Below, one piece after another: positions 10,078-21,600 of a stretch of 64,000 bases of DNA. How positions within the stretch are numbered: position 1 is the stretch's first letter; each line of letters begins with the position of its first letter. The position numbers and the translations under genes were made by a program. Source of the stretch: Andalucia godoyi And28 (Eukaryota > Protista > Jakobida). The stretch spans positions 37,978-101,977 of the forward strand of contig VRVR01000035.1 in NCBI GenBank assembly GCA_009859145.1, written 5' to 3'. The notes beneath the pieces are model-generated. The model was given only the letters and a program-made list of their open reading frames with translations, was not told the DNA's origin and did not search any database.

Positions 10078-11565
10078 ATGGCAAAGTTGACCGCGACGTC
10101 AGAGGAGGTATTAGCAGCTGCAAAGAAGTGGATTCGGTTTGTGAATGCGTCTCCGACTCCCTTTCACGCCGTTTCGAACGTGTCGACTCAGTTGGCAGCT
10201 GCTGGGTTTACTCGGCTTGACGAGCGTTCGGAGTGGTCGATCCAGGCAGGGGGGAAGTATTTTGTGTCCCGCAACCAGTCTTCTCTCATTGCCTTTTGCA
10301 TCGGCTCGAAATTCACTCCGTCGCAGAATTCTGGATTTCAGGTGATTGCAACACACACGGATTCTCCGGTTTTGAAGCTGAAGAAGGCCTCGGATGTGCG
10401 CCGTGCGGGATACCAGACCGTTTCTGTTGAGGTGTATGGCGGAGTGCTCCTTCATACGTGGTGGGATAGGGATTTGGGGGTTGCAGGACGCGTGATTGTG
10501 CGAAAAGAAGGAGAGGACGGACTGTCAAGTGCACTGCAGAAGCATCTTGTGTGTATTGACGAGCCTATTGCCCGGCTTTCATCTCTTGCAATCCATCTGA
10601 ACCGCGAGGTGAACTCGGATGGATTCAAATTCAACGCAGAAACGCATCTGCATCCAGTGCTGCATACCCTCGCCGAGGATCTCAACAGACCGATTGGCAG
10701 TCCCTTGGAGGGCATTACCCAAAACCACCCGCCGGCTCTCATGGCCTTGTTGGCTGCGAAGATTGGGTGCGATGCAAAGGAAATTGTGGATTTTGACTTG
10801 TCGTTGTTCGATACCCAGGCGGCCGCGTTGGGTGGCCTTCTGAAAGAGTTTGTGTTTACCGCCCGGATCGACAATTTGCTGTCCACTTTTTGTGCAGTCG
10901 AGGCATTGACAGGTTCGCTGCCGTCCGTTGCAGACTCGGATGGAGTGCGGTTGGTCGCAATGTTCGATCATGAAGAGTGCGGTTCGCAGTCAAGCCATGG
11001 AGCCGATTCGCAAATGCTCCCGGACACAATGGAGCGTATCGTTGAATCTCTTGTTGGGGCAGCACCAGCAGCACCGGCAACCCCTGCCGCGCAAGCCGGT
11101 GTCAAATCCGGGCTGCAGTCCGTTCGTCAGCAAGCATTTGCAAAGTCTCTTGTCCTTTCCGTGGACTGTGCGCATGCGGTACACCCCAATTACGCAGAGA
11201 AGCACCATGAATTACTCCGACCAATGATTAACAAGGGAGTCGTTATCAAGGTGAACAACAACCAAAGGTACGCCACCAATGACTTGGGTGTTGCGGCGGT
11301 CGTGGAATGTGCACAGAGAGCGACCCAGGGATCCGTTGCACTGCAACTGGTGCAGGTCAAAAATGACTCTCCTTGCGGCACGACGGTGGGCCCCATTCTT
11401 TCCTCGCGACTCGGTGTGCGCACTGTCGACATCGGATGTCCCCAGCTGTCCATGCACTCCATCCGAGAAATGTGTGGCACCGTGGACATTGTGCACATGG
11501 AACGGCTCATGCAGAGTTTCATTGACCACTATCCGACCGTGGACAAGCTTCTCAGCTCCGAGTAG
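10078..11565 (+). CDS. DNPEP: Aspartyl aminopeptidase (peptidase M18)
   Basis: SPTPFHAV, RNQSSLIAF, HTDSP, TWWDRDLGVAGRV, LAIHLNR, RIDNLLS, FDHEECGS, DCAHAVHPNY, SPCGTTVGP, LSMHSIRE. ATG at 10078. Confidence 0.95.
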   Translation: MAKLTATSEEVLAAAKKWIRFVNASPTPFHAVSNVSTQLAAAGFTRLDERSEWSIQAGGKYFVSRNQSSLIAFCIGSKFTPSQNSGFQVIATHTDSPVLKLKKASDVRRAGYQTVSVEVYGGVLLHTWWDRDLGVAGRVIVRKEGEDGLSSALQKHLVCIDEPIARLSSLAIHLNREVNSDGFKFNAETHLHPVLHTLAEDLNRPIGSPLEGITQNHPPALMALLAAKIGCDAKEIVDFDLSLFDTQAAALGGLLKEFVFTARIDNLLSTFCAVEALTGSLPSVADSDGVRLVAMFDHEECGSQSSHGADSQMLPDTMERIVESLVGAAPAAPATPAAQAGVKSGLQSVRQQAFAKSLVLSVDCAHAVHPNYAEKHHELLRPMINKGVVIKVNNNQRYATNDLGVAAVVECAQRATQGSVALQLVQVKNDSPCGTTVGPILSSRLGVRTVDIGCPQLSMHSIREMCGTVDIVHMERLMQSFIDHYPTVDKLLSSE

Positions 11566-11932
11566 ACGTCCTTGGCCGTGTTTGTTTTTCTGTTTGTTTT
11601 GTTTTTGTCTTTTTTCTTTCCTTTCTCTCCGATTTTGCATTTTGAATTTCTTGCTTCATTTTCTTTCTTCTCGTTTTTTAAAAAGCTCGTTCCTCGAGCA
11701 AAAAAAAAAAACAAACTGGCTTATCGTTTCTGCAGAATTGCCGCAATGAAATAAAAGGAAGAAGGGGGGGGGAAAAAAACACAGAACACAAAATACAACA
11801 ATATACTGAGTACGAACGTCGCTTTCCCGACGAAAACAACGTCGGGTAGCTGAACAATGGAATCAAGGGGAAGGGAAAGGGGAGAAGGAGGAGGAAGAAA
11901 ACACTTGGTGGAAAAAACGCACACTTAGGGTC

Positions 11933-14900
11933 TTACAATTCATTCTCGGCATCGTCCTGATGCTCACTTGTGTCCGTCGGTGACATGGTGTCAAAGTCGT
12001 CTGCCGACGTCACATCGATTTGCGGAGTCTCCATGCTTACCATGGAACGACGACGATGGGCAGAGGGCTTGAACGAAGAGACCGTGGAATTGGTGGATGC
12101 CGTTGTGTCCGTTCCGGGATCGTCCGGAGACACACTGTATGTAATGAACTTTTGATTTCCAAGTCCCTTAAGATGCATCGGATCCAGTTGTTCACAACGG
12201 AAATATCGACTGACCAGCCTGTACGTTTCCTCACTGAGATGCACAGTGCCAGGAACACCGGAACTCTCCATTCGAGCGGTTTTGTTCACATCCTGACCGA
12301 AAATATCAAACAACACTCGGCTCCTCGAGATGACCCCCGACGTGACGACTCCCGTATGGATACCGACACGAACTTCCAAGGGCCGTCCCACGGAGACTGT
12401 GGATTTCCCAACTGATGCTGCAATCCTGATCATGTCTTGTCCAAAGAGAACGGCATTGCGTGCAGCCTCAGCAGGATCCACAACGTTTTCCGGCTTCGAT
12501 TCGTTCGGAAAATTCAGTCCACTAACCCACATGGATCCATCACCAAGGATCTTAATTTTCACGATCCCTCGCTTCTCTGCTGCCTTATCAAACTCGCTGT
12601 ACAAAACATGCAGCAAGGAAATAACATGGCTTGGACCGCCACGCGACAATTCAGTGCACAAGGGGGTGAATCCAACAATGTCCTGGAAAATGCACGTCAA
12701 GTCATTGTGCACGAACGCAATAATGCCATCGTCCTTTGAATCAACTTCTGCTTTTGGACGAAGGCGATCTCCCACAGCTTTGGGTACAAAGTTGTCAATA
12801 ATCTCGTTGGTTCTTTGTTGCTCACGCTCCAATCGGTCATGCTGGCGCAGCTCTTCTGTTCTGTCCACAATGTAGAAACCAAAGGACGATCTCCAGGCTG
12901 AAGACAGGTCATCCGAAGTAGACGGCAACGTGCAGAGTTCAACAGTGACAGAACATTTGATGGGATGCTCGCGACCCACAGCAACGGCATTCAACTTGAA
13001 ATTCATCATCTCTCCTTCAATTCGTGTCGAGGGATTGCATATGAATGTCGTCAGGCGCTTCTTGTCATCCTCCGTTTCCTCGACGAACAGTTCTTCGAGA
13101 GTCTTGTTCAACAGCGCAAATTCATTCAACCGGAATAACCGGCACGCAGCCTGATTTGCAAATGACACAATCGGTGGGAACTGCGACAGAGAAGACGCGT
13201 TGAATCCAGGTCGCCAGAACGGCCAACGAACTTCAATGAACGGAATCGGATCCAGTTTGAGGAAGCAGCGTGCCCGGAAGCCTTTATCATCCGTTCCGCG
13301 CTCTAGAGTCGACACATCGTCTAGATCCCTTTCTGATTCGCTGAGGTCTACAAAATACGAACTTGTCAGATCTTTCATCGACCGGAATGTATTCTGCTGC
13401 ATGAACAGCAAAACGTGGTCCGACGACAAAATCGACTCAAGACTCAGCGTAGCGAAAATTCGACGAATGAACATCTCCTCCCGATGCATTTCCGTAACGC
13501 TCTTCCAGATGAAAACAATGAAAACAAAAGGGAACAGAACAAAGGCAGCACCAAAGAAGCCTTCTGCCAAGGAACGATACAAATCCGTTCTCCTGGTGTA
13601 GTAGTACAACAATTCCTCAAATACCTTGTCCAGCTTGGCAGGCATCCATCCGAAGTACCGTTGCGCCAGACGACTCCAGAAGAACGACGAAGGAACCGAT
13701 CCAAAAACAGACGTTGCAAGCGACACAACCTCCGTGAACAAATTGGCCATGTCCATTGCAAGACTGTTGCCCAATGTGTCTGGATACTCAACGGGAAACT
13801 CGGACGCCGAATAAGCCGTCAGAATCGTATCCTTCAAGGCCGGGGTCAACTGAATAAGTCCGGGAGACCGACCTTGGGAACCGTCCACGAGAGAGTAGTA
13901 CTCTGACATTCCATCCTCCGCTGATTGAACGGAGATTGCGGCCGCGTCAGAAAACTGGGCAGAAGGGACTGCCTCCTTCATCAACTCTCCGCCAAACGAC
14001 ATGGACTTCCACAACAGACCTTCACAATTTGTTAAATATCGCGTTTGGTACATTGCGTGGACGGAATCAGAAATACTCACAGCCAGCAAGGAAGTGAAGA
14101 TCTGCGTGTAGCAAATGCAAAACAGGATTCCGATCATAATTAGCACCAGCCTCGACCTGAAGACGGACTTTCCATCTGTGACAGGAGGAGACCGTGGTCT
14201 GGCATGCAAACTCACGGCAGCGGTGTCTGCAGCGGTTCCTCGGGTGTTCGTAGAAATATACGTGCCTCCGCGCCCTCGAATCACCTCCGCAACGTGATCC
14301 TTATGATCCGCATGTACTCCGGATGCAATATGCGTCAGCTCCGAGTGTTTCTCTTTCAGCATGTTGCCGTCCATGGTGGACAAGATCGCAAGCATTTGCG
14401 CCGTTTCCATGTGGTGCTTCCGAATAGACGGCCAAATGAAAATAAAGAAACACAACCCGCACAACGCAACAAACGACACGGAAATGCTCAGAAGAATGAT
14501 CCACACTTTGTTCAGATACGCCTCCGTAGCACTCTGATATGCTTCCTGAATCTTCTGAATCGCAGTCAGATATCCCGTGAGACCGTTGTACCAAAGCGAA
14601 ACTAATCCACCGGAGCAGTAGCCAAGAGTACCGATAAAAATCGTGTTGTTGGGATTATTGAGATAATCACGCTGTGCAATAGGATCCGACATGCATGAAC
14701 TCACAAAATTCAGAGTAGCAATAAACGAGTCCATAACTGCTGCATTGGAGAGAACGACCGGTTGCTTGCCATAGTACGGGATCATTGACGAAGCGCCGGC
14801 TGGAATCGAAAAGTTCTGCACAGACAGCATACTCAGGTCATTGCTAATCGCGTCCCAGATATCGTTGTAGAACACGGTAACTTCACTGTCTCGGAGCTGG

Positions 14901-17623
14901 CGGTGCATCTGAAACGTCCGATCCGCAACATCCACCGCGTGTCTGCCCAACATTTTCACAATCGTCTCGTTCTTCGGCAGCATATCTTTGGTCACGAAGA
15001 ATCGAGAGAGCGACGCCCATTTGGAGACCGATCGACGAATTCGACTCACAATTTCGAACGGAAGCGTGACAGCGCGCGCCTTGTCCGACCTGGACTGCGT
15101 TTTCGACCCCGAATCCGAATTCTCGCGAAAATCTCGATCTGCAATACCAGACGAAATAGGCTGGAGAATGAACTGCCGGCACAAGGCAAAGTACACAATC
15201 ACAAACAAACACATTAGCAGAAACGTCACCGCAAGCACAATTCGAACATTCCGCAGGGAATGAAGCCGATTGTGTAAAACCAAGTAACGCAGTTCCATCA
15301 AATGACGTTCTCGTACGTGGTTGTCCGAAGCCATTGCCACAGACCCGTCAACCGAGAAATCAAGACTAGGACGACGATCCCGCGGAAGATGATGTGGTGC
15401 GGAGTTGGAGTTGTTCAAATCGAGCGCCACACCCCCAACGGTTACGAAGCTTGCTAGGTCATTTCCGGCCGTTGACATGGACAACTGTCGGTCGCGATGA
15501 ACAGGTGTAGCAGATGACATGGATTGGTTACGATGCATCGGAGATCCCGAAGGTGAGCCTCCGTTCGCCATCGACATTGCGCCTGTCTGCGGCCGAGGAA
15601 TTACGAGCCGAGGTAAAGAATCGGCATCTCGGGCCAGCTTTTGGGCCAAATCAACCTCGAATTCCACCGAACTGAGCCAGCGACATCTGCATGTCATCAC
15701 TTCATAATATGATGGTGCGGCTCGTTCTATAGTACGCAACAGAACTTTCCCTCGGTCCTTTAACTTGAGAACCGTCGCCAGGATCAGTCTGCGACGTTCG
15801 GCATCTTCTTGAACTTGGTTTTCCATCTCGACGAATTTGGTCATTGTTTTCTGCAGAGGAGCAGAAGCAAGCGTAACCTCCTTCCAAAACAGCGCCATTT
15901 GCTGGATGATTCGCTTCCTGATTCCATCAATCTTGGACACAACGTCCAGGATATCCTTCTCCGTCCAGATCAAGCCATGAACGCAGATCGTGGAGTCCGA
16001 CTGCAACATCCGAACTGCAAACAATTCGTACAGGAACGGCCATGACATGACGCTGTGGCTCGTAGTTTGGAACTCTTTTGACAACACTTGCGTCATCTTC
16101 TGGTTATATTCATCCATGGGAACATCCGAAAATCGAGAACCGTACACGAGCAAACAAAAATGGGTGCTCAACAGTTTGGAAAAGCGGAATGTGCTCAGCG
16201 ATTTGGAAAACAAGACCAGAAGCCGATGGATGTCTTCTCCAGGCAAGAAGAACTGTGACTTGTCTCCTCTGTGCTTCTCAGCGTTCAATTCCACCTGTTC
16301 GCAAACAGACCGTAAGAGCAGCTCGCAATTCGTAGCGTTTCCACAGCGATTCATCAGACTCAAGAACTTTGCATAGTCATCCGGATGGCTGAGAGGATAA
16401 GGGACCTGAGGGGTTTCCAACGGATCGTCGCTTTGCGTGGGAAGCGATTTCAGAACTGCTACTGACGAGGCACGCCTCACGCTATTGTACATTAGGGATC
16501 GGCGAACAAGCGGCACCGCAGAGCCGCCAGGCGTTCCAGGTGAGAACGGGGTAGTGGGCACGGCAATTCCGATTTCATCTGCAGATGAGGGCTCTTCAGA
16601 CAGCGTCGCTCGACGAGGAACCACGGCCGAGCGCTCGACGCTGGATCGAACACGATTCTGCAATCGGGCTGGATGGAATATCCAGATGCGTCTGCGGTAT
16701 TGGACCACAAGTGCAGCAAGAAAAAGCAAGGAGATTCCGACAGATACGAGAACCCAAACCCATCCCGCCCTCGAATGGTATGCAACATCGAAAACGGCAG
16801 AAATGGCGATGAAGATGTAAGGGATGACAAAGATGGCATTTCCAAAAAACAGCTTGTAAGGAACAAACCGGAGCATGACCAGGATAAAAAGTGCGACGAT
16901 GATCGGCGATATGATAGAGAATGCAGTGGATTCCAGCATGTAGCAGATCATATGGGCCAAAATCAACAGGAAATCGAGAAACAGCCCACCGATCGACACA
17001 AGATTCGACGAGGAGGAATTGATCTTTGGAAACACAACGCAGACATCCGCACAAAAGAATCGAAACAACGGAAGCCAGAACGAAAACAAGCAGACTAAAT
17101 GAACCAACAGGAACGAGGACAACGGATGTGTGAATCCAGATGCCGACTGAGTGGGATTCATGAAGAAAAGCAAGAGCATATACTGGCCATACAAAACTGT
17201 ATCTTGTAGCTGCACAAGATAGCTCAGGCCTTTGATGGTAAACTCTCCGGGACGCCCAGTGCGCTGCGTCTGGAACCAAAAGGAGATCGTTGCAATGATG
17301 GTAATCCCAAGAATTCCCTCGAATATGCCTCCCAGAACTTCGAAAAACACAGAGGGGATTTGGTCGTCCGCCCTATATTGAAGAAAGCACGCAAACCCCA
17401 ACTTGAAGAGGCACGCCATTATGAATGTAAAAGGTGCCGGAGGACATGTTGCTCGAACCAGCGTCCCGAGCTCAAAGAACTTTCTCAGCAGGGTGTGCTT
17501 GGCGAAGTAAGCTCCAAAGTCCGTGTCTAGTGTATTCGAATAGAGCCCAGCCGCATCGGCGTAGGAGTCTACGGAGCGATGGTGTTCTCGCGGACCTCCG
17601 GAGTTGGCCAATGGCTGCACCAT
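11933..17623 (-). CDS. Large multi-pass (~12 TM) class III adenylyl cyclase with PAS-like region, paralogue 1
   Basis: Catalytic domain IFQDIVGFT, KIKILGDG, RVGIHTG, FDIFGQDVNKTARMES; preceding signalling helix EREQQRTNEIIDNFVPKAVGDRL; ~8 N-terminal plus 4 further hydrophobic segments. ATG at 17623. Confidence 0.92.
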   Translation of the reverse strand: MVQPLANSGGPREHHRSVDSYADAAGLYSNTLDTDFGAYFAKHTLLRKFFELGTLVRATCPPAPFTFIMACLFKLGFACFLQYRADDQIPSVFFEVLGGIFEGILGITIIATISFWFQTQRTGRPGEFTIKGLSYLVQLQDTVLYGQYMLLLFFMNPTQSASGFTHPLSSFLLVHLVCLFSFWLPLFRFFCADVCVVFPKINSSSSNLVSIGGLFLDFLLILAHMICYMLESTAFSIISPIIVALFILVMLRFVPYKLFFGNAIFVIPYIFIAISAVFDVAYHSRAGWVWVLVSVGISLLFLAALVVQYRRRIWIFHPARLQNRVRSSVERSAVVPRRATLSEEPSSADEIGIAVPTTPFSPGTPGGSAVPLVRRSLMYNSVRRASSVAVLKSLPTQSDDPLETPQVPYPLSHPDDYAKFLSLMNRCGNATNCELLLRSVCEQVELNAEKHRGDKSQFFLPGEDIHRLLVLFSKSLSTFRFSKLLSTHFCLLVYGSRFSDVPMDEYNQKMTQVLSKEFQTTSHSVMSWPFLYELFAVRMLQSDSTICVHGLIWTEKDILDVVSKIDGIRKRIIQQMALFWKEVTLASAPLQKTMTKFVEMENQVQEDAERRRLILATVLKLKDRGKVLLRTIERAAPSYYEVMTCRCRWLSSVEFEVDLAQKLARDADSLPRLVIPRPQTGAMSMANGGSPSGSPMHRNQSMSSATPVHRDRQLSMSTAGNDLASFVTVGGVALDLNNSNSAPHHLPRDRRPSLDFSVDGSVAMASDNHVRERHLMELRYLVLHNRLHSLRNVRIVLAVTFLLMCLFVIVYFALCRQFILQPISSGIADRDFRENSDSGSKTQSRSDKARAVTLPFEIVSRIRRSVSKWASLSRFFVTKDMLPKNETIVKMLGRHAVDVADRTFQMHRQLRDSEVTVFYNDIWDAISNDLSMLSVQNFSIPAGASSMIPYYGKQPVVLSNAAVMDSFIATLNFVSSCMSDPIAQRDYLNNPNNTIFIGTLGYCSGGLVSLWYNGLTGYLTAIQKIQEAYQSATEAYLNKVWIILLSISVSFVALCGLCFFIFIWPSIRKHHMETAQMLAILSTMDGNMLKEKHSELTHIASGVHADHKDHVAEVIRGRGGTYISTNTRGTAADTAAVSLHARPRSPPVTDGKSVFRSRLVLIMIGILFCICYTQIFTSLLAVSISDSVHAMYQTRYLTNCEGLLWKSMSFGGELMKEAVPSAQFSDAAAISVQSAEDGMSEYYSLVDGSQGRSPGLIQLTPALKDTILTAYSASEFPVEYPDTLGNSLAMDMANLFTEVVSLATSVFGSVPSSFFWSRLAQRYFGWMPAKLDKVFEELLYYYTRRTDLYRSLAEGFFGAAFVLFPFVFIVFIWKSVTEMHREEMFIRRIFATLSLESILSSDHVLLFMQQNTFRSMKDLTSSYFVDLSESERDLDDVSTLERGTDDKGFRARCFLKLDPIPFIEVRWPFWRPGFNASSLSQFPPIVSFANQAACRLFRLNEFALLNKTLEELFVEETEDDKKRLTTFICNPSTRIEGEMMNFKLNAVAVGREHPIKCSVTVELCTLPSTSDDLSSAWRSSFGFYIVDRTEELRQHDRLEREQQRTNEIIDNFVPKAVGDRLRPKAEVDSKDDGIIAFVHNDLTCIFQDIVGFTPLCTELSRGGPSHVISLLHVLYSEFDKAAEKRGIVKIKILGDGSMWVSGLNFPNESKPENVVDPAEAARNAVLFGQDMIRIAASVGKSTVSVGRPLEVRVGIHTGVVTSGVISRSRVLFDIFGQDVNKTARMESSGVPGTVHLSEETYRLVSRYFRCEQLDPMHLKGLGNQKFITYSVSPDDPGTDTTASTNSTVSSFKPSAHRRRSMVSMETPQIDVTSADDFDTMSPTDTSEHQDDAENEL

Positions 17624-18633
17624 CACAGAAGGCCAATCGACTATACAAGTAGGACAGAAAAATGGGGGGGAAGGTTAGTTGGAGGGGGGAAACAAGTAGC
17701 GTAACGGAGTGTATGTGTTCGCTTCGCGAGAGCAAGAAGATCAAATTTAATACAGAGAAACAGATGGCGATTTTCCGGACCTTGTCTCTCGGGTTGCAGC
17801 GAAACAAGACGGTAACAATCAGCGTAGCGAACGCGAAAAATAAAACTGGGGATGATGAGAAGAGAGAGATTGTCCTCAAAAGTCAAACAACCGAGAGAGG
17901 TATTGGGAGAAGGTAATCGGCATCGGAAATGTAAAACCAGCAGTGATGGCCGACAGGTTGGTTTTTTTTTTCAGGCGAAAGAAGACTGGATGGGACGTGT
18001 CACCTCTCCAGTCCGCGTGCGACCAGCGATGTGCTTACAGGTGTGGTACCAGCAGCGTCGGGGCAGAGCCGGAACACCCAAACTCGTCTTCAACCGATCA
18101 GAGCAGATCAATAGTGGTTGACACATCTGAGCAGAAAAGGTTAATACAAATTGGTGGAAGTGTGGTTGCTACGACGTTGTGCTGATTGCATTTTCCACAT
18201 GCCCAAAAAGAAGCATCGATTCTCCTGAGTCGCAGCAGATTGCTTGCAACCCGGAGCTCGAATCTGGGGAATTTTATGGAGAGTGGGGCTCGCAAACAGG
18301 GAAAGAGCTGGGGGGGAGCAGCTCACTGCGCGTTGACCCACAGCGGAAAAGAACAGTTGGGGATCCTGAAGAGAGGGAACACGTGCCTTCCTTGGCTCTT
18401 TCGTTCCCTCGCCATGGGATCGCCCCCCTGCCCTCTTGGCAGCATGAAAAATAGAGCACGACGGAGACGGCACAGCACAAAAATAAAGATTATCCGAAGG
18501 CCACCAGCGCGTCTCCTTTATATATTGTTTGGTTTTTTTTTTAAATTAAATTAAACACAAAAAATTTTAATTATAATAACAAAAACAGAAAAAAACATAT
18601 TATTACGATACCTTTTTTACTAATACACATAAC

Positions 18634-21600
18634 TTAGCCAAAGAACGGGGTGTTGGAATTCGCGGGAGAGACAAAGAACGTGTCGTCGGTGTATCGGATA
18701 CCCTTCAATTCAACGCGAGGCTGTCTGCGGGTGCACGCAAACTTGTCGTACACAAGCTTGTAAGTCTGGTGGCTGATGTGGACGCGATCCGACTGCGACG
18801 TGCTTTCCATTCGAGAAGACATGTTCACAGTAGCACCAAAGACATCAAGAACGGGCAGCTTGTTGGAGATGACCCCCGAGGTAAGCTCGCCGGTGTGGAT
18901 TCCAACGCGGACATGCAGCTGCTTCTCTGTTCCGTCCGAGAAGCGGACCCTCATTTCGTTTGCAATGCGAATCATTTCAAAGGCAAAGTTGACTGCATTG
19001 TGGGCCGCAACAATCTTATCTGCTGGCAATTCGTCCCCAAACGTCATGCCACTGACCCACATCGATCCATCTCCCATGACCTTGATTTTCATGACGTTGT
19101 ACTTCTTCGCTGCCTCGTCGTACCGCGAGTACAGTTCGGTCAGCAGATCGACGACTTGCACTGGTGTGAGCTGCGAGCAGAGCGGAGTAAAACTCACAAT
19201 GTCTTGGAAGATGCACGAAACATCCTTGTGCTGGTAGGCAATCTTGTTCTTGTTCCGGTTCGTTTGCTCGCTCTCCTCGTCCGCCGACGACCGGGTATTG
19301 TCGTCCAGCCATTCGTTGACAACACGAGTCACTGCGCTAGGAACAAAATTCTCCAGATTATGGATGTTCGACTCACGAACACGTTCAATGAGATCTGCTA
19401 CACGGTTCTCATCCGACAGATCCCGAATGCTCAAACCGAACCGTACTTGATTCGGAACGGCGTGGTTGAGGATGTGGATGAGAGGATCAACGCACGTCAC
19501 AACGGTGACGCTGCACAAGACCCCTTCGATCTTGGCGTCCCCGCCATCGACATCATCGCGAGAACACAGGAGCATCATGATAAACTGTCGCGTATCACCG
19601 GTAAACGTGAGCCACGGACTGCGGATGTGAGTCAAGAAGCTCTGGAAACTTTGGTTGGAGCGAACGTCTGGAGCCTCGGCGAAGATCTCCGATAGCTTGG
19701 GTTGCGCATCAAAGAACGCTGCTGGTTTGCGCATAAACTGCGCACAAGCGAGATTATGAAAAGTCAGCACGGGATCGGTGATCGTGGAGGACTCGCGAAT
19801 GGTAGCTGCATTGCAAGAAGCTTCAAGGAACGGGAAAGGACACAAGTCGCGGAATTCCTTTGACCGGTTCATCAACAACTCTCCGGTGCTCAAGGAGCGA
19901 TCCACATTCTCGGAATCTGCGCCGTGGTGATCGGAAGACAGAGCACTCAGATCAGAATCAACCTTGTTTTCTCTCACGAACCGGAGTACCGTTTCGGAAG
20001 AAAACACCGCATTGGTGTCCAAAGTCGAGTATGCCTTTCTGATCATCTTCTCCTCGTCACGCAAAACCGAAATTGGCCTCCAAAAACACAAGAAGAAGAT
20101 GAAAGGGAATAATACAAACGCAGCTCCGAAAAACCCGTCTGCAGCAGACCGATACAGATCCGTACGATTCGTGTAGTAATACAACAACTCTTCGAATACC
20201 TTGTCTAACTTTGCCGGAAGCCAGGCAAAGAGTCGTGGTGCGATACGAGTCCAGAAGAATGATGTAGGGAGTGCTCCAGGCTGCGTCGTGGCGACAGACA
20301 CGATTTCCGTAAAAATATTTGCCATGTCGATAGCCAGCGAAGTACCTGTGGTATCTGGATACTCGGAGAACGCGGACAGGTGGGCAGGATTCAACACAGT
20401 TCCGCGCAGCGTCGCAGTCATGTGAATCACGCCTGGGGAATCGATTGACGTGTCACCGTCGACAAGCCGATAGAACTCGGTCATTGCTTCTTCGGCAGCA
20501 ACGATCGATGAGACGGAGACGGTTTTCGGAAAGGGAGTACTGAGATATGCTTGGTAATATAGCTCACTTGCATATGAAATACTCTTCCACAGAAGTGCCT
20601 CTGAGTTGGTCAAGTACCGGGTTTGGTACATTGCATGCAGCGAGTCCACAAGATGCATCACAAGAAAGACGGTAAAAATCTGCGAATACAAGAAAATGAC
20701 GACAATCCCAAAGATGATGGTCATCAACTGCGAACGAAAGGTCGAGAATTGGGATGTCAAAAATGCAGAACTCGACGCTGATCCCAAAAGGTACCGTTGC
20801 GTATCGAGGAGATGCCGAGACGATGCAGGGTTATAGTCTTCGATTCCAGATGCGTTCCGGATGCCCTCCGCGCCGCCTGTGAAAAGACGACTGAAAACAG
20901 GACGAACAAGACTTGGGTCGATCGCAGACGGGAGCAAGAGCAACCAGTTCATCTGTTTGTTATGAGCTCGCAACGAGACATAGATGAATCCAATGCAGAA
21001 AAATCCTGCAATCAGCGCGAACCCGAGAGAAAATGTCAGAGAAATAATCAGCACACGAGTAATGTACGCCTGCGTTGCGTCCTGATAGGATTCTTGGACT
21101 CTCTGAATGGAGTCCTTGTACGACGTCAGACCATTGTACCACAACGAGACACCGGCAGCGGAACAAGATCCAAGCGAAGAAATCAATATACTCGAAGAGA
21201 AATTAAGGTATGCAGTCTGTCGATCAGGATCTGCAACACATCGCGCCACAGTGCCCAATGTCGCAACAAACGATTCCAAAATCGCCGCATTTGACAATGC
21301 CGTGTCGTCGAACACATAATATTGCACCATGGATGTGATGACTGCTGGCAATAAGGACGAGTTCTGCACGGATGCAACATTCAGCTTGCTCATCTTATCT
21401 TGGATGTCCGTCGAGAAAACGGCAACGTCGCTGTCTTTGAGTTGCCGGTGCATGTCTGTAATCTTCGTTGCCGAGTCCGTCAAATGACGGTTCAAGAAAC
21501 GCATTGTTGACAGCCCGGTCGTGGTGTCTCTGGGGAGCTCAGTGAACGTCACAAACATTCGACTCAGAGTAGACCACTTGGAAACCGCACGGCGAATCCT

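Noticed and set aside
18098-18330. WACGKCNQHN...CINLFC resembling a RanBP2-type zinc finger, possibly joined by a 19-nt GTGAGC...CAG micro-intron
   Set aside because: Cys spacing is non-canonical, there is no ATG in the joined frame, and there is no other evidence for tiny introns in this window.
18769-19695. 308-aa plus-strand ORF (and many similar 100-260 aa ORFs elsewhere, e.g. 2915-3700, 32829-33728, 54532-55173)
   Set aside because: Antisense or off-frame shadows of well-supported genes; no recognisable motifs.
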